From: Nitrospirota bacterium | Lineage (GTDB): Bacteria; Nitrospirota; Nitrospiria; Nitrospirales; Nitrospiraceae | NCBI GenBank assembly: GCA_963701855.1 | Contig: CAVPBK010000006.1 | Span: 768,001-832,000, forward strand | DNA length: 64,000 nucleotides | Direction: 5' to 3' | Part shown: positions 8,858 through 18,740 of the stretch, piece after piece | Numbering within the stretch: position 1 is the stretch's first letter | Layout: the number at the start of each line of letters is the position of its first letter | The notes under the pieces: generated by a model | The model's database searches: none | The model's input: the letters and a program-made list of their open reading frames with translations, nothing else | Told to the model about the DNA's origin: nothing | Made by a program: the position numbers and the translations under genes

Positions 8858-8886
8858 TTGACTTGCTACGCAAGCAATGATATAAA
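8858..8886 (+). promoter_or_regulatory. sigma70 promoter TTGACT-N17-TATAAA with extended -10 TG
   Basis: Near-consensus, 30 bp upstream of the ORF at 8916. Overlapping dyad CTTGC-TAC-GCAAG. Confidence 0.7.
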
Positions 8887-8915
8887 GCAAGCATGCTTCA
8901 TCTGGGGGCAAGTTT

Positions 8916-9425
8916 GTGGAAGAACTCACCGACATATTGGTTGGCCTTGAACAGCGAATCAGCGCCTACAAGAACCGGCTGCAGGAGCTTGAAAAGAAGC
9001 GGCGTCGTTTGGACGATGAAATCGCCACGATTAAGAAATACTTGGAGTTGGCAGAAACGCTCTATCGCGTTGAAGCGGACAAGGCCAAGCTCGCTAGTCT
9101 CTCTAGTCAATTTTATTCAGATGAAAAAGGTGCTCGTCAGCGACCGAATACCGATGTCACCGACCAGTCGAGGGAAATCCTCATGGGGCGGAGCAAGTAT
9201 TCGGGTAAAAGCGTGTCGGAAGCCGCGTACGAAATGCTCCGAGAGGCGAATCGTTCGATGCATGCAAAAGAGCTTGTGCAGCGATTAGTCGAGGGAGGGC
9301 TCCAGATCAAGGGGAAAACGCCGCTGACGTCTGTTGCCACGTCCTTGAAGCGGGACAAGCGGTTCAAAAAAGTGGGGCCAAATACGTTCGAGGCATTGGA
9401 AGAATCCCTGATCCATGCAGTGTAG
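8916..9425 (+). CDS. Coiled-coil plus winged-helix (HARE-HTH-like) DNA-binding protein
   Basis: N-terminal heptad coil; C-terminal SEAAYEMLREANRSMHAKELVQRL...GKTPLTSVATSLKRDKRFKKVGPNTF. Confidence 0.75.
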   Translation: MEELTDILVGLEQRISAYKNRLQELEKKRRRLDDEIATIKKYLELAETLYRVEADKAKLASLSSQFYSDEKGARQRPNTDVTDQSREILMGRSKYSGKSVSEAAYEMLREANRSMHAKELVQRLVEGGLQIKGKTPLTSVATSLKRDKRFKKVGPNTFEALEESLIHAV

Positions 9426-9474
9426 TGTGTCTGGGCTTGTTAGACCTCAAAATACACGAAGGGGGGTGAGAGTC

Positions 9475-9513
9475 TTGGCGACGAAGAAAGCAGCAAAGAA
9501 GAAGAAGAAGTAG
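9475..9513 (+). CDS. Candidate 12-aa lysine-rich micropeptide MATKKAAKKKKK
   Basis: Strong SD AAGGGGGGTGA at 9459-9469, TTG start, TAG stop, followed by a GC hairpin. Confidence 0.5.
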   Translation: MATKKAAKKKKK

Positions 9514-9540
9514 TCCCCGCCGTGATTCTAGCGTCGGGGG
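9514..9540 (+). terminator. GC-rich hairpin after the micropeptide ORF
   Basis: TCCCCGCCG...CGTCGGGGG; no U-tract. Confidence 0.35.
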
Positions 9541-9653
9541 CGAGGCCACTTGCTCCCGACGTTAAATCGTAACTTTATTACCTGCAGGTCATAATTCATC
9601 TCGCCTGAACTGGCAAGACTGTGCACAAGTTTCCATTCAAGAAGATGAGCGGC

Positions 9654-9831
9654 AGCCCGCATTGTTTATGAAGATTCTTCGCAAGAGCGCGTTCCTCGTA
9701 AAACGTATCTCGCATTCGACGATACAGACACACTCGTTCCGTCCTGCGCTCATGCTTCACGAACGACGTTTCACGCGCAATAGCCGCGTATCCACGCTTG
9801 CAGCAGAAGTTTCATGAGTAATGCGGGTTAA
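9654..9831. mobile_element. MITE-like element, family B
   Basis: AGCCCGCATTGTTTATGAAG ... TTTCATGAGTAATGCGGGTTAA. The right end is nearly identical to 7795-7846. Confidence 0.72.
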
Positions 9832-10763
9832 GAGGCTTGGAGAGCTACCAGCGATGCGGGTCGCGATACAGCTACGGCAGAGCGTGGCTCAGACACGGGG
9901 ACTGTCTTGTCGGCGTTGAGCAACACCCAGCTATCAGGATGGGTGAGAATCTGTTGAACGAGGCGTGTATGTATTGCATGCCCAGAACGCTCGGCGATTA
10001 AGTGCCCGATAAAAGGTACACCGAGCAGGGAAAAATCTCCGATCAGGTCCAAGATCTTGTGTCGCACGAACTCATTCGTAAAACGAAGGCCTGACTCATT
10101 AAGAATGCCGTCTTGAGAGAGAACGATCGTATTATCTAAATTTCCGCCCTGACCGAGCCCGCGAGCCCACAGCGCCTCTACTTCCTGCAAGAATCCGAAT
10201 GTCCTGGCATCTGCGATCTCCCGTTCAAATGCATGAGCTGAGTGCTCATAGACGTAGGTCTGCGTCTGGATCAACGGATGATTGTAGTGGATGGAATAGG
10301 TGATCTTGGTAGTCGAGGACGGTTCGATGCGAACTCGACGAGCTCCATCCACCACCTCGAGAGGCCGAGTGATTTTCAGATAGGGTTGCCGCCGGCCCTG
10401 AAGAACAATTCCGGCTGATCGAATCAAGCGAACGAAGTGCGCCGCGCTGCCGTCCATGACAGGAGCCTCACCGGCATCAAGCTCCACATATGCGTTATCA
10501 ATGTCGAGTCCGGCCAAAGCAGCCAAGACGTGCTCAATCGTCTTAACCTGAAACCCGTTTCCGCTGATCGCGGTGCAGAGTTCCGTAGGCACCAAATGCT
10601 CGATGGAGGCCGCGAGAGACGCTCCATCTTTGCCGTTCCGGTTTATAAAGACGACGCCTGTATTTATTGGAGCAGGCCTGAGCGTAAGGGTAACGGGCTG
10701 TCCTGAGTGGAGCCCAACTCCAGCACAACTCACTGCATTCGCTAAGGTTTGTTGAGCTCTCAC
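9828..10763 (-). CDS. lpxC: UDP-3-O-acyl-N-acetylglucosamine deacetylase
   Basis: GVGLHSG, TIEHVLAAL, PVMDGS, ARTFGF, EFVRHKILDLIGD, SGH. Confidence 0.97.
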   Translation of the reverse strand: MRAQQTLANAVSCAGVGLHSGQPVTLTLRPAPINTGVVFINRNGKDGASLAASIEHLVPTELCTAISGNGFQVKTIEHVLAALAGLDIDNAYVELDAGEAPVMDGSAAHFVRLIRSAGIVLQGRRQPYLKITRPLEVVDGARRVRIEPSSTTKITYSIHYNHPLIQTQTYVYEHSAHAFEREIADARTFGFLQEVEALWARGLGQGGNLDNTIVLSQDGILNESGLRFTNEFVRHKILDLIGDFSLLGVPFIGHLIAERSGHAIHTRLVQQILTHPDSWVLLNADKTVPVSEPRSAVAVSRPASLVALQAS

Positions 10764-10795
10764 ACAGTCACCTCATTAAGTACACAGCGGGTATC

Positions 10796-10811
10796 AGCAA
10801 CTCATGTGCCA
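10796..10811 (-). promoter_or_regulatory. sigma54 (-24/-12) promoter of lpxC
   Basis: Minus strand reads TGGCACATGAGTTGCT, matching TGGCAC-N5-TTGCW, 32 bp upstream of the start. Confidence 0.75.
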
Positions 10812-11126
10812 GACTGTATTTTTGTGATAAACTATCACATCTTATTGATAATAAACATTATATTGCCGTTAATGGATATGGGGCCATGTTGCAAAAACAT
10901 GACACCTGTGACTTTTCAAAGATTATTGAATCCTAATTCCCTCCTCTATGCAAAACGAACCAGCGAATTGCACATGGAATCGATCATTGCGAGTGGCAGC
11001 AAGAGTTGACGGAGATGACTCACCATCTGTTGACAGCTGACAAGGAAACTGTGGTGATCAGTCGATTTAGGAGAGCTACAAGCCGCTTGTCTGATCAGAA
11101 CGTTTCTACTTGGTGGCCATAGACAA

Positions 11127-11798
11127 TTACGGCCGAGGATCCAGCTCGATGAGTCCTTTCCGAATGGCCAGGATGGCCGCTTGCGTACGGTCATAGACTT
11201 GCAGCTTATGAAAAATGTTCCGCACATGATTCTTGACGGTCTTTTCGCTCAGATCCAAGTTATTGGCAATTTCCTTGTTCGTCTTGCCGTCTGCGACCAA
11301 GCGCAAGACCGTGATCTCTCGCTCCGTCAGATCGTGCTCAACCCACCCAGGCTTTTTCCCCTTCTTCTGTGACATCAAGGAGAACTCCGCCAAGATCTTG
11401 CTCGCGACGGATGGATGGATCAGCGACTCACCCTTGTAGATCGCACGAATCGCGGCGACGATCTGAGAGGACTCGGAATCTTTCAACAGATATCCAGTGG
11501 CCCCGGCGCGCACCAAATCGAAGATGTATTGTTGCTCGTCATACATGGTCAGCGCTACGACTCCGATGTGAGGGAACTCGCGCTTGATTTGTCTAGTCGC
11601 TTCGACTCCGCCCATTCGAGGCATGCTCACGTCCATCAGCACGACGTCGGGAACCAACGTCCTCGCCTTCTCAACCGCTTCCATGCCGTCTTGGGCCTCG
11701 CCTACGATATGAATGTCGTCTTTCGTCTTGAGGATTGCGACCAGTCCTTCGCGTACGACACGATGGTCGTCCGCGATGAGCACCTTAATCTTTTCCAT
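11127..11798 (-). CDS. NarL/LuxR-family response regulator
   Basis: REC domain (IADDH, LMDVSMP) plus LuxR HTH (LTEREITVL...SEKTVKNHVRNIFHKL). Start corrected to MEKIKV. Confidence 0.95.
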   Translation of the reverse strand: MEKIKVLIADDHRVVREGLVAILKTKDDIHIVGEAQDGMEAVEKARTLVPDVVLMDVSMPRMGGVEATRQIKREFPHIGVVALTMYDEQQYIFDLVRAGATGYLLKDSESSQIVAAIRAIYKGESLIHPSVASKILAEFSLMSQKKGKKPGWVEHDLTEREITVLRLVADGKTNKEIANNLDLSEKTVKNHVRNIFHKLQVYDRTQAAILAIRKGLIELDPRP

Positions 11799-12918
11799 GA
11801 GCGGTCGTCTCCTTTTTAACCAGGGGAATATTGACGACGATCGTCGTGCCACGCCCCTTCTTAGACTTGATCTTGCCTTCACCACCCACCAGTCGAGCCC
11901 GCTCCAGGATTCCGCGAATCCCGAAATGGTCCCATTTGTCGGGATCTCGCAGCACGGTGTCCATATCGAATCCCACACCGTTGTCCCCGATGGTGACCCT
12001 GAGGCGTTTGGTGTCGATGTCCAGCCCCACAGTAACCCGAGTCGCTTTCGCGTGCCGTTCCACGTTGCTCAGAGCCTCTTGCACAATGCGAAACAAAAAG
12101 ATCTTGGTACGCGGAAATAAAATCTGTTCATCGCCGGATACGCGGAACTGCGTCTTGATATGATACTGGGTCTCGTACGAGGTGAGATAGTTGGTCAGAG
12201 CTGGGAGGAGTTCCATCTTGTCGTAGTGAAGTGGGCGGAGATTGAAGATGACCTGCCGCGCTTCATGGATGGCCAGTTTCAGCTGGGCTTTGCTTTCGCG
12301 CAAGGTAGCCAGGCTGGCTTTCGGATCTTTTCGAATCAGTTGCAGGCTCAGATCCAGTTTGAAATTCACCCCGGCCAAGTTCTGCACGAGGCCATCGTGC
12401 ATTTCACAGGCGATGCGTGTCCGTTCCTCCGTCACCACCACACCTGTCTCCTTGACATATAGTCGATAGAGTGATTGATATTTATTCAATGTTTTCTCGA
12501 TATCTGACGTGGCACGAATGCGGGCCTCGATAAGCTCCCACATGAATTTAGCGCTAGCCCCACCAATAATGGTAACGCCCATCCGGTGGAAGTCTTGGAG
12601 CAACTCCCAGACCTTGGTATCACCCGACACATCGATGATGAGATCCACTCGCTCGAGGTCCAGAAGCCGACGGTAATCGCGGGTCACGGGAATGCCGAGC
12701 CGTTTCGCCAGTTCGACGCCCGGAGCGGTTTTCTGAACTTCGGCCACGCACACGATTTTTACCAGTGGGTCTGTCGCAAAGATTTCCATCAGTGCCGTGC
12801 CGCCTCGGCCTGCACCGATAATCGCCACATGCGTACCACTCGGCGCTCCTGCCTTGGGTAGTTGTCCGGGAGACTTGGATTGGATTGCCGGCATCATGAC
12901 GCCTACTTGCGGAGACAT
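11785..12918 (-). CDS. Cytoplasmic HisKA_3 sensor kinase with N-terminal Rossmann-like domain
   Basis: VAIIGAGRGG; ERTRIACEMHDGLVQ; QEALSNVERHA; DNGVGF; GRGTT. No TM segments. Confidence 0.9.
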   Translation of the reverse strand: MSPQVGVMMPAIQSKSPGQLPKAGAPSGTHVAIIGAGRGGTALMEIFATDPLVKIVCVAEVQKTAPGVELAKRLGIPVTRDYRRLLDLERVDLIIDVSGDTKVWELLQDFHRMGVTIIGGASAKFMWELIEARIRATSDIEKTLNKYQSLYRLYVKETGVVVTEERTRIACEMHDGLVQNLAGVNFKLDLSLQLIRKDPKASLATLRESKAQLKLAIHEARQVIFNLRPLHYDKMELLPALTNYLTSYETQYHIKTQFRVSGDEQILFPRTKIFLFRIVQEALSNVERHAKATRVTVGLDIDTKRLRVTIGDNGVGFDMDTVLRDPDKWDHFGIRGILERARLVGGEGKIKSKKGRGTTIVVNIPLVKKETTAHGKD

Positions 12919-12994
12919 CGCACCATGTTGTAACCCGACGAACGGCAGAAGGAAAGGAGAGGCCGATAAGGAAAGAGCAGGGATCCCGCGGCCC

Positions 12995-13459
12995 TCATCG
13001 CTCGCGGCGTTGCTGAGCCAACGTTTTCAGCTCATCCATGAACTGGTCGATATCTTTGAATTCGCGGTAGACAGAAGCAAAGCGAACATAGGCGACCTGG
13101 TCCAGTTGATGAAGTTCTTTCATCAACTCTTCACCCACGACCCGGCTCTCGATTTCTGTTTCGCCCATTTCCTGAATACGTTTCTCGATGCGATCCGTCA
13201 CGTCTTCGATGGTGGCGGTACTGATCGGCCGTTTTTCACAGGCCTTCTTGAGACCGGCGAGAATTTTGGTACGGTCGAACGACTCCCGGCGGCCGTCCTT
13301 CTTCACCACCATGGGAAGAATTTCTTCGACGCGTTCGTAGGTGGTGTAGCGACGCTTGCAGCCGAGACATTCGCGGCGGCGGCGAATCACCTCGCCCTCC
13401 TTCGCCATGCGCGAGTCAACGACCTTGTCTTCAAGTTCATCGCAGAACGGACATTTCAC
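12995..13459 (-). CDS. nrdR: Transcriptional repressor NrdR
   Basis: MKCPFC...DSR...[10 protein letters not shown] zinc ribbon, ATP cone, AYVRFASVY. Confidence 0.98.
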   Translation of the reverse strand: MKCPFCDELEDKVVDSRMAKEGEVIRRRRECLGCKRRYTTYERVEEILPMVVKKDGRRESFDRTKILAGLKKACEKRPISTATIEDVTDRIEKRIQEMGETEIESRVVGEELMKELHQLDQVAYVRFASVYREFKDIDQFMDELKTLAQQRRER

Positions 13460-13489
13460 AGGCGGTGATCCTGCCCCGTTTGGCGCGGG

Positions 13490-14752
13490 TTAGTAGGCAT
13501 GAAAGATAGGGAAACGACCGCAGAGCGCTTTGGCTTGAGTGCGGATTTCCTCGAGCGTCGCAGGTTCTTCCCGATGCTGCAGGGCCCGGTCAACCAAGCC
13601 AACAATCTCTTTCATCTCGGCCTCCCGCATTCCACGGGTGGACACAACGGGAGTTCCGAGTCGAATCCCACTGGCGACGGCCGGCGGCTTCTCGTCGTAG
13701 GGCACGGCATTCTTGTTCACGATAATGCCGGCAGTGCCCAAAGCCGCGTCCGCTTCTTTGCCTGTAATACCCTTGTTGGTCAGATTCATTAACATGAGAT
13801 GAGTATCCGTGCCACCCGACACAATCTTATAGCCACGATCGAGGAGCCCTTGGGCCAGCACCTTCGCATTGGCAATGACCTGCTGCTGGTAGCGCGTAAA
13901 AGCCGGTGAGAGGGCTTCCTTGAAGGCAACGGCTTTCGCTGCAATCACATGCATCAAGGGACCACCCTGTATTCCGGGGAAGAGTAATTTGTCGACCGCT
14001 TTGGCATACTCAGCCTTGCACATCACGACGCCACCCCTAGGTCCGCGCAGGGTCTTGTGGGTGGTCGTAGTGACAAAGTCGGCATAAGGAACAGGGTTCG
14101 GATGGAGCCCTGCGGCGATCAACCCGGCAATGTGGGCGATGTCGACCAACAGGTAGGCGCCGACCGACTTCGCGATCTGTTGGAATCGTGGGAAATCGAA
14201 GGTGCGCGCATAGGCGCTGGCGCCGACGACGAGCAGGCGTGGCCTGCATTCCTCGGCCACCTTCTGCACTGCGTCATAGTTGATGGTTTCGGTTTCACGC
14301 TCTACGCCGTAGGAAAACACACGGAACAGTATCCCTGAAAAATTGACCTTGCTGCCGTGGGTGAGGTGCCCCCCTTGGGAGAGGTCCATGCCCAGAATGG
14401 TGTCGCCGGGTTTCAGTACGGACAGATAGGCCGCCATATTGGCTTGCGACCCCGAATGTGGCTGCACATTCACATGCTCCGCCCCGAAAATCTGCTTACA
14501 TCGCTCGATGGCAAGATCCTCGACCGTATCCACATACTGACAGCCGCCATAGTACCTCTTTCCCGGATACCCCTCGGCGTACTTATTGGTCATGATAGAG
14601 CCCTGAGCGGCCAGGACGGCTAGACTGGCGAAGTTCTCCGAGGCGATCAGGAGCAGCCTGTCACGCTGCCGCTCTTCCTCGGCAATAATCGCGGCATAGA
14701 CATCCGGGTCTGTGGCTTTGAGTGCGTCTAAAGAACCGACCGCATCGCTCAT
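13490..14752 (-). CDS. glyA: Serine hydroxymethyltransferase
   Basis: [35 protein letters not shown]. Confidence 0.99.
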   Translation of the reverse strand: MSDAVGSLDALKATDPDVYAAIIAEEERQRDRLLLIASENFASLAVLAAQGSIMTNKYAEGYPGKRYYGGCQYVDTVEDLAIERCKQIFGAEHVNVQPHSGSQANMAAYLSVLKPGDTILGMDLSQGGHLTHGSKVNFSGILFRVFSYGVERETETINYDAVQKVAEECRPRLLVVGASAYARTFDFPRFQQIAKSVGAYLLVDIAHIAGLIAAGLHPNPVPYADFVTTTTHKTLRGPRGGVVMCKAEYAKAVDKLLFPGIQGGPLMHVIAAKAVAFKEALSPAFTRYQQQVIANAKVLAQGLLDRGYKIVSGGTDTHLMLMNLTNKGITGKEADAALGTAGIIVNKNAVPYDEKPPAVASGIRLGTPVVSTRGMREAEMKEIVGLVDRALQHREEPATLEEIRTQAKALCGRFPIFHAY

Positions 14753-14769
14753 GACAGCTCGTTCCCTCG

Positions 14770-15243
14770 TTAGGCTTCTGCTGGGACCGTTTCGGCGTCC
14801 TGTTTCTTCACGACGTGGATAACCACAGTGGCAGTCACATCCCGTGGAAGCTTAATCGGCACAGTGAAGGTGCCGAGTTCCTTAATCGGGTGATCCAACT
14901 GGATCTTGCGCCGATCCACCGTAAATCCCTGTTCCAGCAATTTTTCCGCAATGTCCTTGGTTGTGACAGACCCGAACATCTTGTCGTCCTTGCCGACCTG
15001 GGCCTGCACTGTGAGCGACACAGCTGAGATGCTCTTGGCGTGGGTTTCGATCTCCAGCTTTTCTTTTTTCGCCCGTTCGCCGGCTACGCGCTTGATATGT
15101 TCAAAGGCCTTGATGCTGCGACTGTCGGCCAGCACAGCTTTTTTTCGCGGGAGCAGAAAATTCCGTGCGTACCCATCTTTCACATCAAGTAGATCTCCGA
15201 GATGTCCGACCCCGTCCATCGTTTCTTGTAGAATGACCTTCAT
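14770..15243 (-). CDS. rplI: 50S ribosomal protein L9
   Basis: MKVIL...[12 protein letters not shown]...KMFGSVT. Start corrected to ATG at 15243. Confidence 0.97.
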   Translation of the reverse strand: MKVILQETMDGVGHLGDLLDVKDGYARNFLLPRKKAVLADSRSIKAFEHIKRVAGERAKKEKLEIETHAKSISAVSLTVQAQVGKDDKMFGSVTTKDIAEKLLEQGFTVDRRKIQLDHPIKELGTFTVPIKLPRDVTATVVIHVVKKQDAETVPAEA

Positions 15244-15445
15244 GCCCCTAACTCCTTCTGTTGGAAAGGGAAAGAGGATACTGGGGGACCGGTGAAAAGT
15301 CAATTCGCAATGTGCGGGAAGATGTTCATTGAGACATAGTCGTAGACGATCATGAACGAGAATGTACTCACCTGCCAAACTGGACAGGTGTAATAGGCCG
15401 ACCGTATGATGACGCGCTATACGAGGACTATCACCCAAGAAGCTT

Positions 15446-16897
15446 ATGACCGCGCGAGACCTTCTCGAAACATGGGCGCTCCGCCTTGAAGCCGAACAAA
15501 CACGGGTGAGGGATACAGCACTCGACCAGCCAATTGCTCAAGTGGCAGGCCGGCTTGTGCACATGATCGGCACGCTACAGCTGTATGAGATGACGCTCCC
15601 GCAGGGCTCGTCCATCGCACATGACACCCCTCTCTCAATTATCCCCTCAGACGACATAGAGCCAACCGAAGGCATCGTGCTTGGCGGGCAAGGCAACGTG
15701 GCCCTCGTGCAGACATTTGATGCCATTGGACAGTCCTGTACCGAGGCGACAGTGGTTCCTGATCGAGCCGGACTTCTGGCCACGTCGGCCAAGCGTTTGC
15801 GTGACATGCTTGCGCAACCCGACGCCTATCGACTCGGCCCAGCAGATCGCTTGGCGCCTCTCCTCGAAACACCGACGGGAGCAGGAGAACGTTCCGTGTC
15901 AGACGCCGGGTCGTCGATCCTCACAACCGTTTGGGCGAACGAACTTCCGGTGCGACGACAACGATTAGCTGTGCTGGCAATCGAACTGATTCGCGCTAAT
16001 AAGCGCATTCTGGTGGTCTGTCCTGATCACCAGGCGGCAGACGCACTTGTCGGAACCATCGCGCGAGCCATGAAAGCCGTAGGACTGACGTATAAAACGT
16101 GGGTAAGCCGCTATGAAATGGCCTTGGCCCAGCAGAGCGAGGGCATCGGGATTCAGGAGCTGGGATTCGAAGCGCAGATGCACCAATTCTATGCCAAGTC
16201 TCGCGCAGATAAGGCCGCGCTCCGACGCAAGTACGATCGATTCCGCGAACTGACGCCCGTACTGGCGTATAAGAAGCAGAAGCAAAAAGATCTCGATGAA
16301 GTACGTCTATTGGAATGGCGATTGCTGACGCAACACAGCGACCTACAGGCCAAGATCTCAGACGTGAATGCCACGCTGGCCGAGTATGAGAACCTTCCAC
16401 TCCTTAAGCGGCTCAGCCTGCAGGTTGTCGGGAAAAATGTCGAGTCGCTGCATCAATATCTCGAGCTGTATGAAAGTCAGTGCGCCGAATTGAAAGGGGA
16501 ACTCGATGTCGCCAAGGTGCGCGTCGATGAACTGGTGCCGGAAGCCGCTGTGCCGAAAGACATGCGTCCGGAGTTTGACGAACTCAAGGAAGAGATCCTC
16601 CGGCTGGGCGGTACGAAAAAGATCCGAGAGTTACTCGCGGCGGAAGAAGACACGAACCGCCAGGCCTTCATTCAAAATCGACGGCTTGTGGTCACGACGG
16701 CATCGCGCGTCCTGAACGATCCCCTATTCAGTCGCGTTCGGTTCGATGTCTTGATGGCCGATGAGGCGCCCTGGATCGCGGCCGCCCCATTGCTCGGCGC
16801 CGCCGGGCTCGCCCACGAAAGGATCGTGATCAGCGGCGACCAGCGCGACATCGAATCGGCCGGACTGTGGGCCTCACGCGAGTCAGAGCTGCGATGA
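15446..16897 (+). CDS. Degenerate SF1 (Upf1/DNA2-like) helicase-domain protein with long coiled-coil insert
   Basis: KRILVVCPDHQAADAL (motif Ia), LVVTTAS (Ib), FDVLMADEA (II), IVISGDQRDI (III). No Walker A and no second RecA domain. Confidence 0.7.
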   Translation: MTARDLLETWALRLEAEQTRVRDTALDQPIAQVAGRLVHMIGTLQLYEMTLPQGSSIAHDTPLSIIPSDDIEPTEGIVLGGQGNVALVQTFDAIGQSCTEATVVPDRAGLLATSAKRLRDMLAQPDAYRLGPADRLAPLLETPTGAGERSVSDAGSSILTTVWANELPVRRQRLAVLAIELIRANKRILVVCPDHQAADALVGTIARAMKAVGLTYKTWVSRYEMALAQQSEGIGIQELGFEAQMHQFYAKSRADKAALRRKYDRFRELTPVLAYKKQKQKDLDEVRLLEWRLLTQHSDLQAKISDVNATLAEYENLPLLKRLSLQVVGKNVESLHQYLELYESQCAELKGELDVAKVRVDELVPEAAVPKDMRPEFDELKEEILRLGGTKKIRELLAAEEDTNRQAFIQNRRLVVTTASRVLNDPLFSRVRFDVLMADEAPWIAAAPLLGAAGLAHERIVISGDQRDIESAGLWASRESELR

Positions 16898-16959
16898 TCG
16901 AAGCCGCTTGCTTGACGGGGACCTCGCGAATTCAGGATAATCCGCTTCCACCTCGATGT

Positions 16960-17046
16960 GCCGAAGTGGCGAAACTGGCAGACGCACTAGATTCAGGGTC
17001 TAGCGCCCGCAAGGGTGTGCGGGTTCAAATCCCGCCTTCGGCACCA
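16960..17046 (+). tRNA. tRNA-Leu (anticodon CAG), long variable arm, encoded CCA
   Basis: GCCGAAG/CTTCGGC acceptor stem, CTAGA-TTCAGGG-TCTAG anticodon arm, GGTTCAAATCC T-arm. Confidence 0.97.
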
Positions 17047-17149
17047 CCGTTCTTGCCCTCTTTGTTTTTCATGCTCTTAGCTGTCACTAAACTAGGTTTG
17101 CTAACCAATTGCTAACCAGTGATTGCAACTATCCATGGAGGACTGTCTC

Positions 17150-18400
17150 TGTTGTGCCCCGGTAAAAGGTAGACAGGTCCTCTACGCGAGGAGGGATTCA
17201 TGGACACTGCAGTGAAACCTGTCCAGACTGGTCGAGGGCGGCGGCGACGGTGGAGTGCCGAACAGCAATTGATCGTGCTGCAGGAGTGGCAGACTGGGAT
17301 CCCGCTCGAGGAGATCTGCCGGAAATACGCGATGAATGCCGCGCAGATGTATCGGTGGAAGCGCAGCCTGGACCACGGGCTCAAGGAGCCCGGTGAGCTG
17401 GGGCCGAAGAGTCAGGTGCTGGGCTTGCCGAAACGGGTTGAGGAATTCGAGCGGGCGCTGGGGCGGAAGGCCTTGGAGGGGGAGGTGTTAACAAAAGCCT
17501 TCGCGCTCAAGGGACTCAGATTACCCGAGGGAATAGAAGATGGTTGGCGCGGGTCACGGGATGTTCTAGCGTCTTGGCCTGTCGGGTCTTGGACAAGCCA
17601 CGGAGTTGGTTTGACGACCGACGGTCGTCCGGGCTGGGATGGCCGGTGAGGCGGCCGGACGTGGAAGCGGCGATGGGCCGACTCCTGGGGAGCATCCTAT
17701 GGCTACCGACGGATCCACGCGCTGCTCACGCGCCAGGGACTGACGTGCGATCTCAAGACCGTGTGGGAAACGATGCGTCGGCGTGGCGGGCTCTCGACCA
17801 GTCGCACACGCCTGATCCGGTCTGGGCGGCGACACGAGGGGCAGGTGCGTGTGGCCGAACCGAACCGGCGCGGGACCTTGGACATCACGAGCCTCCGAGC
17901 GTGGGACGGTCGGAAGGGACGCGTGGCGATCATGATCGACGGTGCGGATTGGATGGTGTTGGCCTGGCGCTTCGCCACGCGGATCACCGCCGAGGATCTG
18001 GCCGAGATGCTGCGCGAAGCGATATTCCGGCGATTTGGGGAGACACGAGTCCACGCGCAGGGGATCGAGTTTCTCAGCGACAACGGACCGGAATACACGT
18101 CGCATCGGTTCCGACCGTTCGTGCGAGCCATGGGGCTCATCCCCTGTCACACGCCCCGGCGGAGTCCGCAGTCGAATGGATGAGCCGAGGCCTTCTTCGG
18201 CAGCTTCACACGGGATGATGTGCACCAGGCGTGTCTCGACACAGTGGACGCGGTCCGGCGACAGGTGCCGGCGTGGATCGACCATGACAACCGGGAGGCG
18301 CCGCACAGCGCCTTGACCATGCAGTCGCCGGTCGAGTGCGATGCAGCGTGGTGAGTCAAAAACAAGACACGACCTGTCCACAATTAAGCGGGGCAGTACA
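17150..18400 (+). mobile_element. IS3-family insertion sequence, inactivated
   Basis: TG...CA ends with 23/30 inverted repeat. Flanks GTCTC/GTCTT may be a degenerate target duplication. Confidence 0.85.
17200..18389 (+). pseudogene. IS3 transposase orfA/orfB pseudogene
   Basis: orfA HTH (RRRWSAEQQ...ICRKY...MYRWK). orfB YGYRRIH, LDIT, FLSDNGPEY, PQSNG followed by in-frame TGA at 18181, plus a frameshift. Confidence 0.85.
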
Positions 18401-18740
18401 GTCTTCGGCAAAGGCTCCGCGCTCCACCATGAATGAGAACCAGTCCAGTGCGTGGAGGGAAAGTGTTAGAACACTGACTTGACGCTTATCACCCGTCACT
18501 ATTGGCTTGCGTCGAAATTGAGGCGTGGATGTACTGGATTCCAAAAGGCTGAGACACTTTGCACCCACTTTCACGTAGTCGCGCTCTGTCCATACTATCG
18601 GCTGCTGTTGTTGAGTTACCGGCAATTGGCGCAGAGCCTGTCCGATTTTGGCGGTGTCCTACGTCTATTGATGCATCCGAGCGCCAATGGTAGCATGTCA
18701 CGCATGTGACGAGGCTGGAATTTTGTAGCACCGCCCATAG

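Noticed and set aside
9611..9625. sigma54 site TGGCAAGACTGTGCA
   Set aside because: GG-to-GC spacing is one base short of the strict requirement.
14770..15438. N-terminally extended 222-aa L9
   Set aside because: SD AAGGAG precedes ATG 15243 (MKVIL); the extension overlaps the divergent promoter region.
18479..18731. Short ORFs and a possible further IS end (CCTGTCCGATTTTGGCGGTGTCCTAC, ~18638-18663)
   Set aside because: Weak resemblance only; no partner repeat or transposase motif found.
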